A stretch of DNA of 64,000 nt from NCBI GenBank assembly GCA_001002765.1, contig LCMS01000005.1:2562-66561 (forward strand). Direction: 5' to 3'. The notes beneath the pieces were generated by a model. The model made no database searches. It was not told where the DNA came from and saw nothing but the letters and a program-made list of their open reading frames with translations. The translations under genes were made by a program, and so were the position numbers. Below are positions 10,449 to 19,828 of the stretch, one piece after another (position 1 is the first letter of the stretch; the number at the start of each line of letters is the position of its first letter). Source of the stretch: Candidatus Uhrbacteria bacterium GW2011_GWE2_46_68 (lineage in GTDB: Bacteria; Patescibacteriota; Patescibacteriia; UBA9934; GWF2-40-263).

Positions 10449-11111
10449 ATGGGACATAAAGTCAATCCTAAAGCATTCCGAATTGGTGTTACCCGTGGTT
10501 GGGAAAGTGTTTGGTTTTCAAAAAATAATTATAGGACGTTTTTACAAGAAGACATTCAAATTCGAGAATACCTTCAAAAGAAATTAAAAGAAGCTTTGGT
10601 GGAACGTATAGAAGTAGAGCGATCAAGACAAGATATAAAAATCTGGGTTCATACTGCAAAACCAGGTGTGGTGATTGGGCGTGCAGGCTCAGGCATTGAA
10701 GAATTGACAAAGGAAATAAGAAACAGATTTTATCGCGGCAAAAAAGTTAGTATTCAAATGAATGTAAAAGAAGTCACACAACCAGGATTGTCTGCTCAGA
10801 TTGTTGCCCAACAAATGGCTTTTGACATTGAAAAGCGTATGCCATTTCGTCGCGTAATGAAAACAACAATCGAGCGCGTGTTAAAATCTCGTGCAGAAGG
10901 AATAAAAGTTACAATGTCAGGACGTCTGAATGGTGCAGAAATAGCACGTACAGAAACGATTGCAACAGGAAAAATTCCTTTGCAAAATCTTCGCGCAGAT
11001 ATTGATTACGCTCATGTGATGGCCCTGACTATTTATGGGGCGGTTGGAGTGAGAGTATGGATTAATCGTGGAGAAATTTTTGAAAAAACTCGTCAAGCGA
11101 GTCAAGAATAA
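10449..11111 (+). CDS. rpsC: 30S ribosomal protein S3
   Basis: 220 aa; MGHKVNPKAFRIG KH-domain N-terminus. Confidence 0.95.
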   Translation: MGHKVNPKAFRIGVTRGWESVWFSKNNYRTFLQEDIQIREYLQKKLKEALVERIEVERSRQDIKIWVHTAKPGVVIGRAGSGIEELTKEIRNRFYRGKKVSIQMNVKEVTQPGLSAQIVAQQMAFDIEKRMPFRRVMKTTIERVLKSRAEGIKVTMSGRLNGAEIARTETIATGKIPLQNLRADIDYAHVMALTIYGAVGVRVWINRGEIFEKTRQASQE

Positions 11112-11123
11112 AAGGAAGGTTTT

Positions 11124-11543
11124 ATGTTAATGCCGAAAAAAGTAAAACATCGTAAATGGCACAAAGGCCGTGCACGCAATAAGCGCATTGCTACACGAAC
11201 GACGACGATAGCTTTTGGTTCTTATGCGTTAAAAGCTCTTACAGGCGCGTGGGTCACTTCACGTCAGTTAGAAGCTGCGCGACGAGCCATGACTCGATCT
11301 GTAAAACGTGGTGGGAAAATATGGATCCGTGTTTTTCCTGACAAGCCTATTACAACAAAAGGTTCAGAAATGCCAATGGGAAAAGGTAAGGGCGCTGTAG
11401 ATCATTACGTTGTAATCGTAAAACCAGGAACGGTTTTGTTTGAAATGGATGGTATTGATGAGTCAAAAGCGCGGGAGGCTCTTTTATTGGCGGCTCATAA
11501 GTTGCCAGTAAAAGCTAAAATAGTGACGCGAGAAGTGCGTTAA
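11124..11543 (+). CDS. rplP: 50S ribosomal protein L16
   Basis: 139 aa; [11 protein letters not shown]. Confidence 0.95.
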   Translation: MLMPKKVKHRKWHKGRARNKRIATRTTTIAFGSYALKALTGAWVTSRQLEAARRAMTRSVKRGGKIWIRVFPDKPITTKGSEMPMGKGKGAVDHYVVIVKPGTVLFEMDGIDESKAREALLLAAHKLPVKAKIVTREVR

Positions 11544-11548
11544 AGTAT

Positions 11549-11743
11549 ATGAGTAAAAAAGAAATGCAGACAATGGATGTGGTGCAGTTACAGAAAGAAA
11601 TCCAAGATCGCCAAGCACAAAAAATGGATTTCCGTTTTCAAATTTCCTCTCATCAGTTATCTCGCGTGAGGCAGGTTCGTAAAGTCCGAAAAGAGATTGC
11701 TCAATTAAAGACCCTTTTAAGACAAAAGACTTTAGAGAAGTAA
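11549..11743 (+). CDS. rpmC: 50S ribosomal protein L29
   Basis: 64 aa; operon position and coiled-coil composition. Confidence 0.85.
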   Translation: MSKKEMQTMDVVQLQKEIQDRQAQKMDFRFQISSHQLSRVRQVRKVRKEIAQLKTLLRQKTLEK

Positions 11744-11744
11744 T

Positions 11745-12002
11745 ATGTCCAAGTCTTCCACAAAACAACATCAACTCCAACGAAAGTTCACAGGGAAGGT
11801 TGTATCTGCAAAATCACAAAAGACCATTGTCGTACAGGTTGATCGTACACTGACACACCCTCTGTATGGGAAACAGTATGTCCGCAGTCTTCGTTATAAA
11901 GTTCATGATGAAAAAGGTCAGTATCACGAAGGGGATTTGGTGACGTTTAAAGAATGTCGACCTTTATCAAAAGATAAGCGATGGCGCGTTTTATACGCCT
12001 AA
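11745..12002 (+). CDS. rpsQ: 30S ribosomal protein S17
   Basis: 85 aa; [18 protein letters not shown]. Confidence 0.93.
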   Translation: MSKSSTKQHQLQRKFTGKVVSAKSQKTIVVQVDRTLTHPLYGKQYVRSLRYKVHDEKGQYHEGDLVTFKECRPLSKDKRWRVLYA

Positions 12003-12011
12003 AAAGGTTTT

Positions 12012-12383
12012 ATGGTACAACACCGAACAATGATTCATGTTGCTGATAACACGGGAGCAAAAAAATTACAGGTGATCCGTATTCATGGAGGATATCGCAA
12101 ACATTACGCAATTTTAGGTGATATTGTCACTGCAGTTGTTAAAGAAGCCGTTCCACATAGTGCAACAAAGAAAAGTGATATCGTAAAGGCAGTTATGGTG
12201 CGTACGAAAAAAGAATCACGAAGAAAAGACGGAACGTATATTCGATTTGATGAAAATGCAGCTGTTATCATTGATTCAAAAACAAAAGAACCAAAAGGGA
12301 CGCGTATTTTTGGCCCTGTTCCACGAGAGTTGCGAGGAAAAGGGTTTACAAAAATTATTTCTTTAGCACCTGAGGTTTTGTAA
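12012..12383 (+). CDS. rplN: 50S ribosomal protein L14
   Basis: 123 aa; [12 protein letters not shown]. Confidence 0.96.
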   Translation: MVQHRTMIHVADNTGAKKLQVIRIHGGYRKHYAILGDIVTAVVKEAVPHSATKKSDIVKAVMVRTKKESRRKDGTYIRFDENAAVIIDSKTKEPKGTRIFGPVPRELRGKGFTKIISLAPEVL

Positions 12384-12394
12384 TCCACCATCGT

Positions 12395-12721
12395 ATGAAG
12401 ATTAAAATAGGTGATCATGTACGTGTCACAACCGGAAAAAACAAAGGAAAGGACGGGAAGGTTCAACAAGTTTTCCCCCCCTCACAACGTCTTATTGTGG
12501 AGGGTGTGAACAAGACGATCAAGCATCTTCGTAAACAACGTGGAGGCCAAAGAGGTCAAAAGATAGAATATTTTGCCCCCATTCATCTTTCAAATGTCCG
12601 TTTGATTTCACCAAAATCTGGCGTGGAAGGACGTGTGGGTTTTAAAAAGATTCACACGGAAGGTTTAGTGAAAAAGGTTCGTCAGATTTGTAAAAAAGGA
12701 ACACGTGAAGATATCGAATAA
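12395..12721 (+). CDS. rplX: 50S ribosomal protein L24
   Basis: 108 aa; KIKIGDHVRVTTGKNKGK KOW motif. Confidence 0.93.
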   Translation: MKIKIGDHVRVTTGKNKGKDGKVQQVFPPSQRLIVEGVNKTIKHLRKQRGGQRGQKIEYFAPIHLSNVRLISPKSGVEGRVGFKKIHTEGLVKKVRQICKKGTREDIE

Positions 12722-12725
12722 ATGT

Positions 12726-13265
12726 ATGTCATTTAAAGATTATTACAAAAAAGAAGTGGTTCCGAAATTACAGAAAGATTTTGATTATAAAAATATTCAC
12801 GCTGTCCCTACTATAAAGTACGTCACAGTGAATATTGGCCTTGGGGCAGGATTGAAAGACGCCAAATTTTTAGAAACAACAGAAAAAACGCTACGTCGTA
12901 TTACTGGGCAAAAACCAGTACAAACAAAGGCACGAAAGTCCATTTCAGGTTTTAAAATTCGTGGAGGAATGATAGTAGGAGGGAAGGTGACATTGCACGG
13001 GTTGCGTATGTGGGATTTTTTAGAAAAATTAATAAAAGTCACTTGTCCGCGTGTTCGTGATTTTCAAGGCCTTTCTGTGAGAAGTTTTGATGGCCAAGGG
13101 AATTATTCCATAGGTTTTAAAGAGCATATCGCTTTTCCTGAGATTCGAAGTGACGAAATCGAATTAATTCATGGATTACAAGTCACGGTCGGAACAAGTG
13201 CAAAAACCAATAAAGAAGCCGAAGCCCTTTTGCGGCATCTCGGATTTCCTTTGAAGCAAGTTTAA
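12726..13265 (+). CDS. rplE: 50S ribosomal protein L5 (ATG at 12726 preferred; the ORF opens at 12705)
   Basis: [15 protein letters not shown] matches the L5 N-terminus. Confidence 0.93.
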   Translation: MSFKDYYKKEVVPKLQKDFDYKNIHAVPTIKYVTVNIGLGAGLKDAKFLETTEKTLRRITGQKPVQTKARKSISGFKIRGGMIVGGKVTLHGLRMWDFLEKLIKVTCPRVRDFQGLSVRSFDGQGNYSIGFKEHIAFPEIRSDEIELIHGLQVTVGTSAKTNKEAEALLRHLGFPLKQV

Positions 13266-13272
13266 CGAACCT

Positions 13273-13458
13273 ATGGCTACAGAAAATCAAAAAGCAAAGT
13301 CTCGGATTTTTCGAAAATATGCAACACGACATGTTAATCGCTGTTGGCGTTGTGGACGTAATCACGGATTTATGAGAGATTTCGGATTATGTCGCATTTG
13401 TTTCCGTGAACTAGCTAATCGGGGAGAAATTCCCGGTGTTAGAAAATCAAGTTGGTAA
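13273..13458 (+). CDS. rpsN: 30S ribosomal protein S14 type Z (zinc-binding)
   Basis: 61 aa; CxxC...CxxC (CWRCGRNHG...CRIC). Confidence 0.93.
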   Translation: MATENQKAKSRIFRKYATRHVNRCWRCGRNHGFMRDFGLCRICFRELANRGEIPGVRKSSW

Positions 13459-13469
13459 TTAGAATTATT

Positions 13470-13865
13470 ATGATGACGGATCCTTTATCAGACATGCTCG
13501 CGCGTATTCGCAATGCATTGGATGCGCAAAAAATAACTGTAGCCGTACCTTACTCACGACTAAAATTTGGTGTGGCAAAAATTTTAGAAAAAGAAGGCTA
13601 TATTCAAAAGGCGGAAAAGTCTTCTGAATGGAAACATCCGACAATACAGATAACACTTTCCTACGAAGAAAATCATCAACCGGTGATCACACATTTGCGT
13701 CGTGTGAGCAAACCAGGCCATCGTGTATATGCGAAATCAACCGAGATGCCAAGAGTATTAACTGATTATGGTATTGCCATTCTTTCAACTTCCAATGGAC
13801 TGATGACAAATAAAGAGGCTCGGGTTCGTCGATTGGGAGGAGAGATAATTTGTGAAGTCGCCTAA
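13470..13865 (+). CDS. rpsH: 30S ribosomal protein S8
   Basis: MMTDPLSDMLARIRNA conserved N-terminus; upstream TTG at 13452 is a possible alternative start. Confidence 0.93.
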   Translation: MMTDPLSDMLARIRNALDAQKITVAVPYSRLKFGVAKILEKEGYIQKAEKSSEWKHPTIQITLSYEENHQPVITHLRRVSKPGHRVYAKSTEMPRVLTDYGIAILSTSNGLMTNKEARVRRLGGEIICEVA

Positions 13866-13877
13866 TTGTTTTGAAGT

Positions 13878-14438
13878 ATGTCACGCATTGGAAAGAAAAT
13901 CATTTTTATTCCTTCTGGAGTAAACATCACTCTTCCTGAAGATGGAGAGGTGACCGTTCAAGGGCCAAAAGGGGAGCTCAAGAATACCTTCCATTCTTGC
14001 ATCGTTTTTTCCTTTGAGGAAAAAGATGGGAAAAAAGGGATTACAACACATATCCTTCATGAAGATGATTTAAATGAACGGGCACAATGGGGAACGGCAC
14101 GCGCAATATTAGCAAATATGATAAAAGGAGTTACCGAAGGATTTGAGAGAAAGTTGGAGATAAATGGAGTCGGATATCGCGCTCAAGTATTAGAGAAAAA
14201 TATTGTTTTAAACGTAGGTTTTTCTCATCCGGTCCCTTTCGCTCTTCCAAAAGGAATTGAAGCTTCGGTTGAGGGAAATATTATCACTCTTCGTGGCATT
14301 GAAGCTCAACTCATTGGTGAAACCGCGGCACGTATCCGTAATATTCGCAAACCAGAACCCTATAAAGGAAAGGGAATAAAATATGTAGAAGAAGTCATTC
14401 GCCGTAAGGCTGGAAAAGCCGCAAAGGCGGGTGAATAA
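13878..14438 (+). CDS. rplF: 50S ribosomal protein L6
   Basis: 186 aa; [12 protein letters not shown]. Confidence 0.94.
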   Translation: MSRIGKKIIFIPSGVNITLPEDGEVTVQGPKGELKNTFHSCIVFSFEEKDGKKGITTHILHEDDLNERAQWGTARAILANMIKGVTEGFERKLEINGVGYRAQVLEKNIVLNVGFSHPVPFALPKGIEASVEGNIITLRGIEAQLIGETAARIRNIRKPEPYKGKGIKYVEEVIRRKAGKAAKAGE

Positions 14439-14442
14439 TCGT

Positions 14443-14805
14443 ATGGCGTATACTACGAAACAGAAGAAATTACATCAAACAATTCGTGCACGAAGAGTTC
14501 GTGCTCGTGTGAAGGGCACAACTGAACGCCCTCGTTTAACAGTAAAAAGAAGTTTGAAGCACATTTACGTACAAGTAATTGATGACACATTAAGAAAAAC
14601 GATCGTTTCCGCTTCAGATAAAGATTTTTCACAAATAAAAGGGAAACTTCCTACGGAAATTGCACGAGAGGTAGGAAAAATTATTGCTGAACGCGCAAAG
14701 AGTTTTGGGATACAATCGGTTGTTTTTGATCGAGGACCTTATTTATATCACGGACGTGTTGCCGCGATTGCTGAAGGAGCACGCGAGGCAGGATTAACGA
14801 TTTAA
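14443..14805 (+). CDS. rplR: 50S ribosomal protein L18 (ATG at 14443; GTG at 14431 is a possible alternative)
   Basis: [20 protein letters not shown] conserved L18 core. Confidence 0.92.
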   Translation: MAYTTKQKKLHQTIRARRVRARVKGTTERPRLTVKRSLKHIYVQVIDDTLRKTIVSASDKDFSQIKGKLPTEIAREVGKIIAERAKSFGIQSVVFDRGPYLYHGRVAAIAEGAREAGLTI

Positions 14806-14809
14806 TTAT

Positions 14810-15406
14810 ATGGAAGGACAAGGGAAAAATCAGAGCCCAAAAAAACAGTTTGGAAATGGACATGGAGGAAGACCACAACGTTCTGGCCGTCGAGGATCAC
14901 AAAAAGATCGTCCAGAGGCGAAAGAATTTGAACAAAAAATTCTAGATCTTTCTCGTGTGACACGTGTGACGGCAGGTGGAAAGCGTATGTCTTTTCGTTG
15001 TGCTCTTGTCATTGGTGATCGTAAGGGACGAGTGGGTTTTGGGATCGCAAAAGGTGGAGACGTTCAGGTTGCTATCGAGAAAGCATTTCGTCAGGCAAAA
15101 AAGTGTATCTTGCAAGTCCCGATTGTCAATGAAACTCTGCCCCATATGATTCGTATGAAGTATGGTTCTGCTTGTATTTTACTCAAACCAGCGCCTCGTG
15201 GAACAGGATTAAAGGCGGGAGGAGCTGTACGAGTTTTGTTGGAGCTGGGAGGGGTGGCAAATGCTGTGTCGAAAATTACCAATTCAAAAAATAAAGTGAA
15301 TATTGCAAAGGCGACAATCAATGCTCTCCGATCTTTGCAAGGAAAAGAAAGAAAACGACCTGTTGATCAAAAAGGAGCGGAACAAGATGCTTCAAAAACG
15401 AATTAA
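14810..15406 (+). CDS. rpsE: 30S ribosomal protein S5
   Basis: 198 aa; dsRBD plus S5 C-terminal domain. Confidence 0.95.
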   Translation: MEGQGKNQSPKKQFGNGHGGRPQRSGRRGSQKDRPEAKEFEQKILDLSRVTRVTAGGKRMSFRCALVIGDRKGRVGFGIAKGGDVQVAIEKAFRQAKKCILQVPIVNETLPHMIRMKYGSACILLKPAPRGTGLKAGGAVRVLLELGGVANAVSKITNSKNKVNIAKATINALRSLQGKERKRPVDQKGAEQDASKTN

Positions 15407-15412
15407 ACACGT

Positions 15413-15853
15413 ATGGCTTTATCTTTACATACCCTTCATCCAAAAAATGGATCTCGTAAATCTTCCGTGCGTATTGGACGTGGGCTTTCAAAAAAAGGAA
15501 CCTATTCCGGTCGCGGAGCAAAAGGTCAACGTTCTCGTTCCGGTGGAAAATCAGGTCTTCGTCTGAAGGGTCTGCGTGTGGTGATGCTCGGGACACCAAA
15601 ACAACGTGGATTCACCTCCCTTGCCCAACCTTTTCAAGTAGTGAATGTCGGGTCTTTATCAAAAGTTTTTATTGAAGGACAGATGGTGACCCCACGGACA
15701 TTAAAAGAAAAACAACTGATCTCTTCCCCCTCACGTCCTGTGAAGATTTTAGGAAAGGGCGAGATTACGATAAAAGTAATTGTGAAAGAGTGTCGTTTCT
15801 CCGCTGAAGCAAAGGCAAAAATAGAAAAAGCGGGCGGAACGGTTACTCCATAA
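15413..15853 (+). CDS. rplO: 50S ribosomal protein L15
   Basis: 146 aa; Gly/Arg-rich N-terminus; follows rpsE directly with no L30 gene. Confidence 0.93.
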   Translation: MALSLHTLHPKNGSRKSSVRIGRGLSKKGTYSGRGAKGQRSRSGGKSGLRLKGLRVVMLGTPKQRGFTSLAQPFQVVNVGSLSKVFIEGQMVTPRTLKEKQLISSPSRPVKILGKGEITIKVIVKECRFSAEAKAKIEKAGGTVTP

Positions 15854-15857
15854 TCGT

Positions 15858-17129
15858 ATGTCAACACTTCGACGTCTTTGGAGTATTCGGGACGTGCGGA
15901 ATAGTCTTCTTTTTGTTTTTGCTATTTTGGTTTTTTTTCGCATTGCTGCGCACATCCCTGTTCCAGGTATCGATTCCTCAGCCATGAGTTCTTTATTTAG
16001 CAACAATGCTTTTTTGGGATTATTGAATGTTTTTTCAGGTGGAACTTTGGAAAGTTTTTCTGTGGTCGCGTTGGGAGTGGCGCCTTATATCACCGCTTCC
16101 ATCATTTTTCAATTACTTGCCATGATTTTACCTCGTCTTGAGGAGATGCAAAAAGAAGAATCAGGACGACAAAAGATCAATCAATACACGCGGTATCTCA
16201 CTGTTCCTCTCGCTCTCATGCAGGCCTATAGCATGCTGCTTCTTTTACAGCGTCAAACAGGAGCATCGCTTTGGAGTGATAACAGTCTTTTTACGATTGT
16301 GTTGGCGATGATCAGCATGATGGCCGGCACCGTTTTTCTCATGTGGATGGGTGAACTCATTTCTGAAAGAAAAGTAGGAAATGGAACATCGATCATTATC
16401 TTTGCTGGAATTATTGCAGGACTCCCAGGATTTTTACGACAAGTTTTTGCCGTATACGATTACTCTCAACTCGTTACCCTTATCCTTTTTCTTCTCGTGA
16501 CGATCGTAACGATTGTGGGTGTTGTTATCATGAACGAAGCACAGCGTCACGTGCCCGTGCAATATGCACGTCAAGTGCGTGGATCCCGTTTGGCAGGGGG
16601 TGTAAGTTCACATATTCCTCTTCGATTGAATATGGGTGGAGTGATCCCAATCATTTTTGCCATTTCTTTTATTTTGATCCCCACCACATTTGCTCAATTC
16701 TTTGTGAACGCTCGTACAGAGTGGTTGCAGACTGTAGCCATCTGGCTTACCCAAGTTTTTCAGAACCAACTCGTCTATGGCGTCACCTATTTTATCCTTG
16801 TTTTCGCTTTTTCTTATTTCTATACAGCGGTTATTTTTCATCCAGATCGCATGGCCGAGAATTTGCAAAAACACGGAGGATTTATTCCTGGTATTCGTCC
16901 GGGAAAAAATACAGCTGATTATCTTAAAGATGTGGCAAACCGTCTCTTACTTGCAGGAGCCACCTTTATTTCGGTTATCGCCGTTCTCCCTCTTGTCGTC
17001 CAACAATTTACAGGGACATCGAATATGGTGATTGGGGGAACGTCCGTTCTCATCGTTGTCTCCGTCGTTGTGGATTGTGTCAAACAAGTAGAATCCCAGC
17101 TGACCATGCACGAATACGAAATTTCCTAA
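15858..17129 (+). CDS. secY: Preprotein translocase subunit SecY
   Basis: 423 aa; 10 TM segments; conserved SecY motifs. Confidence 0.96.
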   Translation: MSTLRRLWSIRDVRNSLLFVFAILVFFRIAAHIPVPGIDSSAMSSLFSNNAFLGLLNVFSGGTLESFSVVALGVAPYITASIIFQLLAMILPRLEEMQKEESGRQKINQYTRYLTVPLALMQAYSMLLLLQRQTGASLWSDNSLFTIVLAMISMMAGTVFLMWMGELISERKVGNGTSIIIFAGIIAGLPGFLRQVFAVYDYSQLVTLILFLLVTIVTIVGVVIMNEAQRHVPVQYARQVRGSRLAGGVSSHIPLRLNMGGVIPIIFAISFILIPTTFAQFFVNARTEWLQTVAIWLTQVFQNQLVYGVTYFILVFAFSYFYTAVIFHPDRMAENLQKHGGFIPGIRPGKNTADYLKDVANRLLLAGATFISVIAVLPLVVQQFTGTSNMVIGGTSVLIVVSVVVDCVKQVESQLTMHEYEIS

Positions 17130-17200
17130 TTCGCTTCCGTTTCCAAAAAAAAGGTGGGATAATAAACCTACCTTTTTTCTTTTCTATGATTTTCTCTTCA

Positions 17201-17830
17201 ATGAAAATACTCTTTCTCGGGCCGCAAGGAAGCGGCAAGGGCACCCAAGCAAAACTTTTAGCTGCATCTCTTCGTCTCCCCATGTTTTCTATGGGACAAT
17301 TGCTTCGAGATGAAGTTGCTGCCAAAACCGATTTAGGCTCGCAGATCAACGAAATTTTATTATCAGGAGAACTGGTTCCTGCTTCGGTGACCGCGGAAGT
17401 ATTACAAATGCGTTTAGCGAAACCCGATGCGCAACAAGGGTATATTTTGGATGGATTTCCACGCAACGAAGAACAATATCAGTCGTTTACTTTTGAGCAA
17501 CCCACTCACGTATTTGTGATTATGATTCCAGAGGAGGAAACCTATCGTCGACTAGGAGATCGTCTTACCTGTTCAGTTTGCGGGTATGTCACAAGCACGA
17601 AGCTTGGTTTCAAAAAAGAAGACCCCTGCCCATTGCATGATGGGGGATTATTGATTCAACGAACGGATGATACTCCGGAGGCCATTACAAAACGTCTTGA
17701 GATTTATGAACAAGACACGCAACCTGTGATTCGATCCTATCGTCGTCAAGGAATTGTCTATGAAATTGACGGGGTTGGATCGGTTGAGGAAGTTCATCAG
17801 CGTATTTTAGATGCTCTCCGTACCTCATGA
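17201..17830 (+). CDS. adk: Adenylate kinase (start placed at MKILFLGPQGSGKGTQ; the ORF opens upstream at 17075, overlapping secY)
   Basis: P-loop GPQGSGKGTQ, zinc-lid CxxC...C, canonical position after secY. Confidence 0.9.
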   Translation: MKILFLGPQGSGKGTQAKLLAASLRLPMFSMGQLLRDEVAAKTDLGSQINEILLSGELVPASVTAEVLQMRLAKPDAQQGYILDGFPRNEEQYQSFTFEQPTHVFVIMIPEEETYRRLGDRLTCSVCGYVTSTKLGFKKEDPCPLHDGGLLIQRTDDTPEAITKRLEIYEQDTQPVIRSYRRQGIVYEIDGVGSVEEVHQRILDALRTS

Positions 17831-17836
17831 TTTTTT

Positions 17837-18613
17837 ATGGCTCTCATTAAAACAACAGAAGAAATAGATCGGATGCGTCGAGGAGGTTTTATTCTTTCAC
17901 AAACCATGAAGGAAGTGATTTCTATTGTTCAGCCTGGACTTTTTTTCAAAGATCTTGACATGGTTGCAAAAAATTTTTTGACAAAGATGGGGGCGACCCC
18001 TTCTTTTCAAGGATATCAATCTTCTCCCGAAGATATTCCATTTCCCAGCGCTCTTTGCGTTTCCATCAATGAAGAGGTGGTTCATGGTTTAGGGAATCGA
18101 GAGCGCAGACTTCAAGAGGGGGATGTTGTTGGATTGGATTTAGGATGTTGGTTTGAAGGGATGTGTACAGATATGGCCGTGACGGTCGGGGTCGGAAAAA
18201 TCAGTCATCAAGCCGAGCAATTGATACGCGTTACACAAGAGGCACTTTTTCACGGAGTGTCTGCTGCGCGTGCAGGCCAACAACTTTCTTGTATCAGTCA
18301 GGCTATCGAATCCGCTATTCGTCCTTATGGGTATGGTATTGTGGAAGCATTAGGCGGGCATGGAGTTGGACATGATGTTCATGAGCCTCCTTACATTCCC
18401 AATTTTACAAATCATCATTATAAAGATGTCACACTCACCACCGGAATGTGTCTCGCTTTAGAACCTATGGTGGGGCTTGGATCTTGTCATGTCCGCACAG
18501 CAGAAGACGGATGGGCTGTGTTAATGGAAGATTGCCAAATCAGTGCCCATGCAGAAGTGACGATCGTGATCCAAGAAGAGTATGCGGAAATTTTGACACC
18601 TTTTCCTCTATGA
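17837..18613 (+). CDS. map: Methionine aminopeptidase type I
   Basis: 258 aa; pita-bread fold motifs (VHGLGN..., HGVGHDVHE). Confidence 0.93.
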   Translation: MALIKTTEEIDRMRRGGFILSQTMKEVISIVQPGLFFKDLDMVAKNFLTKMGATPSFQGYQSSPEDIPFPSALCVSINEEVVHGLGNRERRLQEGDVVGLDLGCWFEGMCTDMAVTVGVGKISHQAEQLIRVTQEALFHGVSAARAGQQLSCISQAIESAIRPYGYGIVEALGGHGVGHDVHEPPYIPNFTNHHYKDVTLTTGMCLALEPMVGLGSCHVRTAEDGWAVLMEDCQISAHAEVTIVIQEEYAEILTPFPL

Positions 18614-19011
18614 GAGTTTTAGGGATTGATTACGGAGATAAAAAAATAGGACTGGCCTTTGGAGACACTGACGTTCGTGTGGCCGTTCCCTTAGATGTTA
18701 TTTCTAATCATGTTGAAGAAATTATATCTTGTCTTCAAAAAAAAATTGAAACGGAAAGTATTGATATGGTTGTGGTGGGTGTTCCCCTTTCTCAAGGGGG
18801 TCATCACGGAACCGAACAGTTAGAAAAAACAAAACGATTTATCACACGCTTGCGGGACGTTTTGACAATTCCCGTGTACGAAGAAGACGAATCTTTTACG
18901 ACAGCGGAAAGCATTCGTCTGCAGCGCGAGGAAGGAGCAGAAGCTGCCGAAGATGCCCTTGCCGCCATGCTTATCACTCAAGCATTTCTCAATCATTCTC
19001 AAGAGTCATGA
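18610..19011 (+). CDS. ruvX: Putative Holliday-junction resolvase / pre-16S rRNA nuclease YqgF (RuvX); ATG overlaps the map stop as ATGA
   Basis: MRVLGIDYGDKKIGLAFGD N-terminus typical of YqgF/RuvC-like RNase H fold; the longer ORF from 18448 is in a different frame from map and has no homology upstream of this Met. Confidence 0.8.
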   Translation: MRVLGIDYGDKKIGLAFGDTDVRVAVPLDVISNHVEEIISCLQKKIETESIDMVVVGVPLSQGGHHGTEQLEKTKRFITRLRDVLTIPVYEEDESFTTAESIRLQREEGAEAAEDALAAMLITQAFLNHSQES

Positions 19012-19778
19012 GTACTCTTTTTTCCACAACCGGCATCATTCTTTCTTGTCGGGATCATAAAGAAGTCGATCGTTGGTACGCCATGTACACGAAAGATTAT
19101 GGCAAGATAGAGTTTCTTGCCCGTGGGGGACAAAAAGTTTTAGCAAAACTTACACCTCATTTGGAAACACTTGGGGAAGTGCATACGCTTCTGGTCCAAG
19201 GAAGGCAATACCCAACACTCACCGGGGTGGAGCGCAAGCGAGCTTTTTTAGGAGCGCAATCCGATTATCAAAAAATGGTTCTCGCGCAAAACGCCATGAG
19301 TCTTATGGATATGGGGACGCGACCTCATGAAGCCGACCCCGTCCTTTATGACGTTCTTCACCAATGGCTTTCGTTTCTTGATACAGCCCCTTCTCTTTCA
19401 CCCGAACGTTCCGCTTATCTTTTGGGAAGTTTTTCTTTGAAACTTTTGGCGCTTTTGGGATATCGTCCCGAGCTGCATCAGTGTCTTCGTTGTCGACAAT
19501 CCGTTCGTCCAAAAGAATTTTATTGGCATGCGCTTAAGGGGGGAATCGTCTGTGTTTCTTGCAGGAAACAAGATTCTGATCAGTATTTTGCCGCGCGTCC
19601 CATGGAAGAAACCACTCTCAAACTCATTCGATTTGCCATGGGGGAGTCGTTTTCCGATCAATTACGCCCGCCGCTACCAGGGGAAACGCTTCTGGCATTC
19701 CATGAAGCGATAGAGGCTCTCATCATTTCTCATTTTCCCATTATCCCTGTCAATTCTCTCCGCGCTTCTTGTCAGTAA
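19008..19778 (+). CDS. recO: DNA repair protein RecO
   Basis: 256 aa; N-terminal OB region plus CLRC...CVSC zinc-finger spacing typical of RecO. Confidence 0.75.
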   Translation: MSTLFSTTGIILSCRDHKEVDRWYAMYTKDYGKIEFLARGGQKVLAKLTPHLETLGEVHTLLVQGRQYPTLTGVERKRAFLGAQSDYQKMVLAQNAMSLMDMGTRPHEADPVLYDVLHQWLSFLDTAPSLSPERSAYLLGSFSLKLLALLGYRPELHQCLRCRQSVRPKEFYWHALKGGIVCVSCRKQDSDQYFAARPMEETTLKLIRFAMGESFSDQLRPPLPGETLLAFHEAIEALIISHFPIIPVNSLRASCQ

Positions 19779-19785
19779 ACGAAAA

Positions 19786-19815
19786 AACCACCCTTTCATA
19801 TCAGGGTGGTTTGCG
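19786..19815. terminator. Bidirectional intrinsic terminator (A-run, ACCACCCT/AGGGTGGT stem, T-run) between convergent recO and the WD40 gene
   Basis: Inverted repeat flanked by A- and T-tracts, seen directly. Confidence 0.55.
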
Positions 19816-19828
19816 TTTACATTCCTCG

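Noticed and set aside
17075-17200. Upstream extension of adk overlapping secY, and an apparent off-by-one/stop near 17162 when I counted bases by hand
   Set aside because: The supplied ORF track shows an uninterrupted frame. The conserved adenylate kinase N-terminus starts at MKILFLGPQGSGKG. I attribute the apparent stop to my manual counting, not to a real frameshift.
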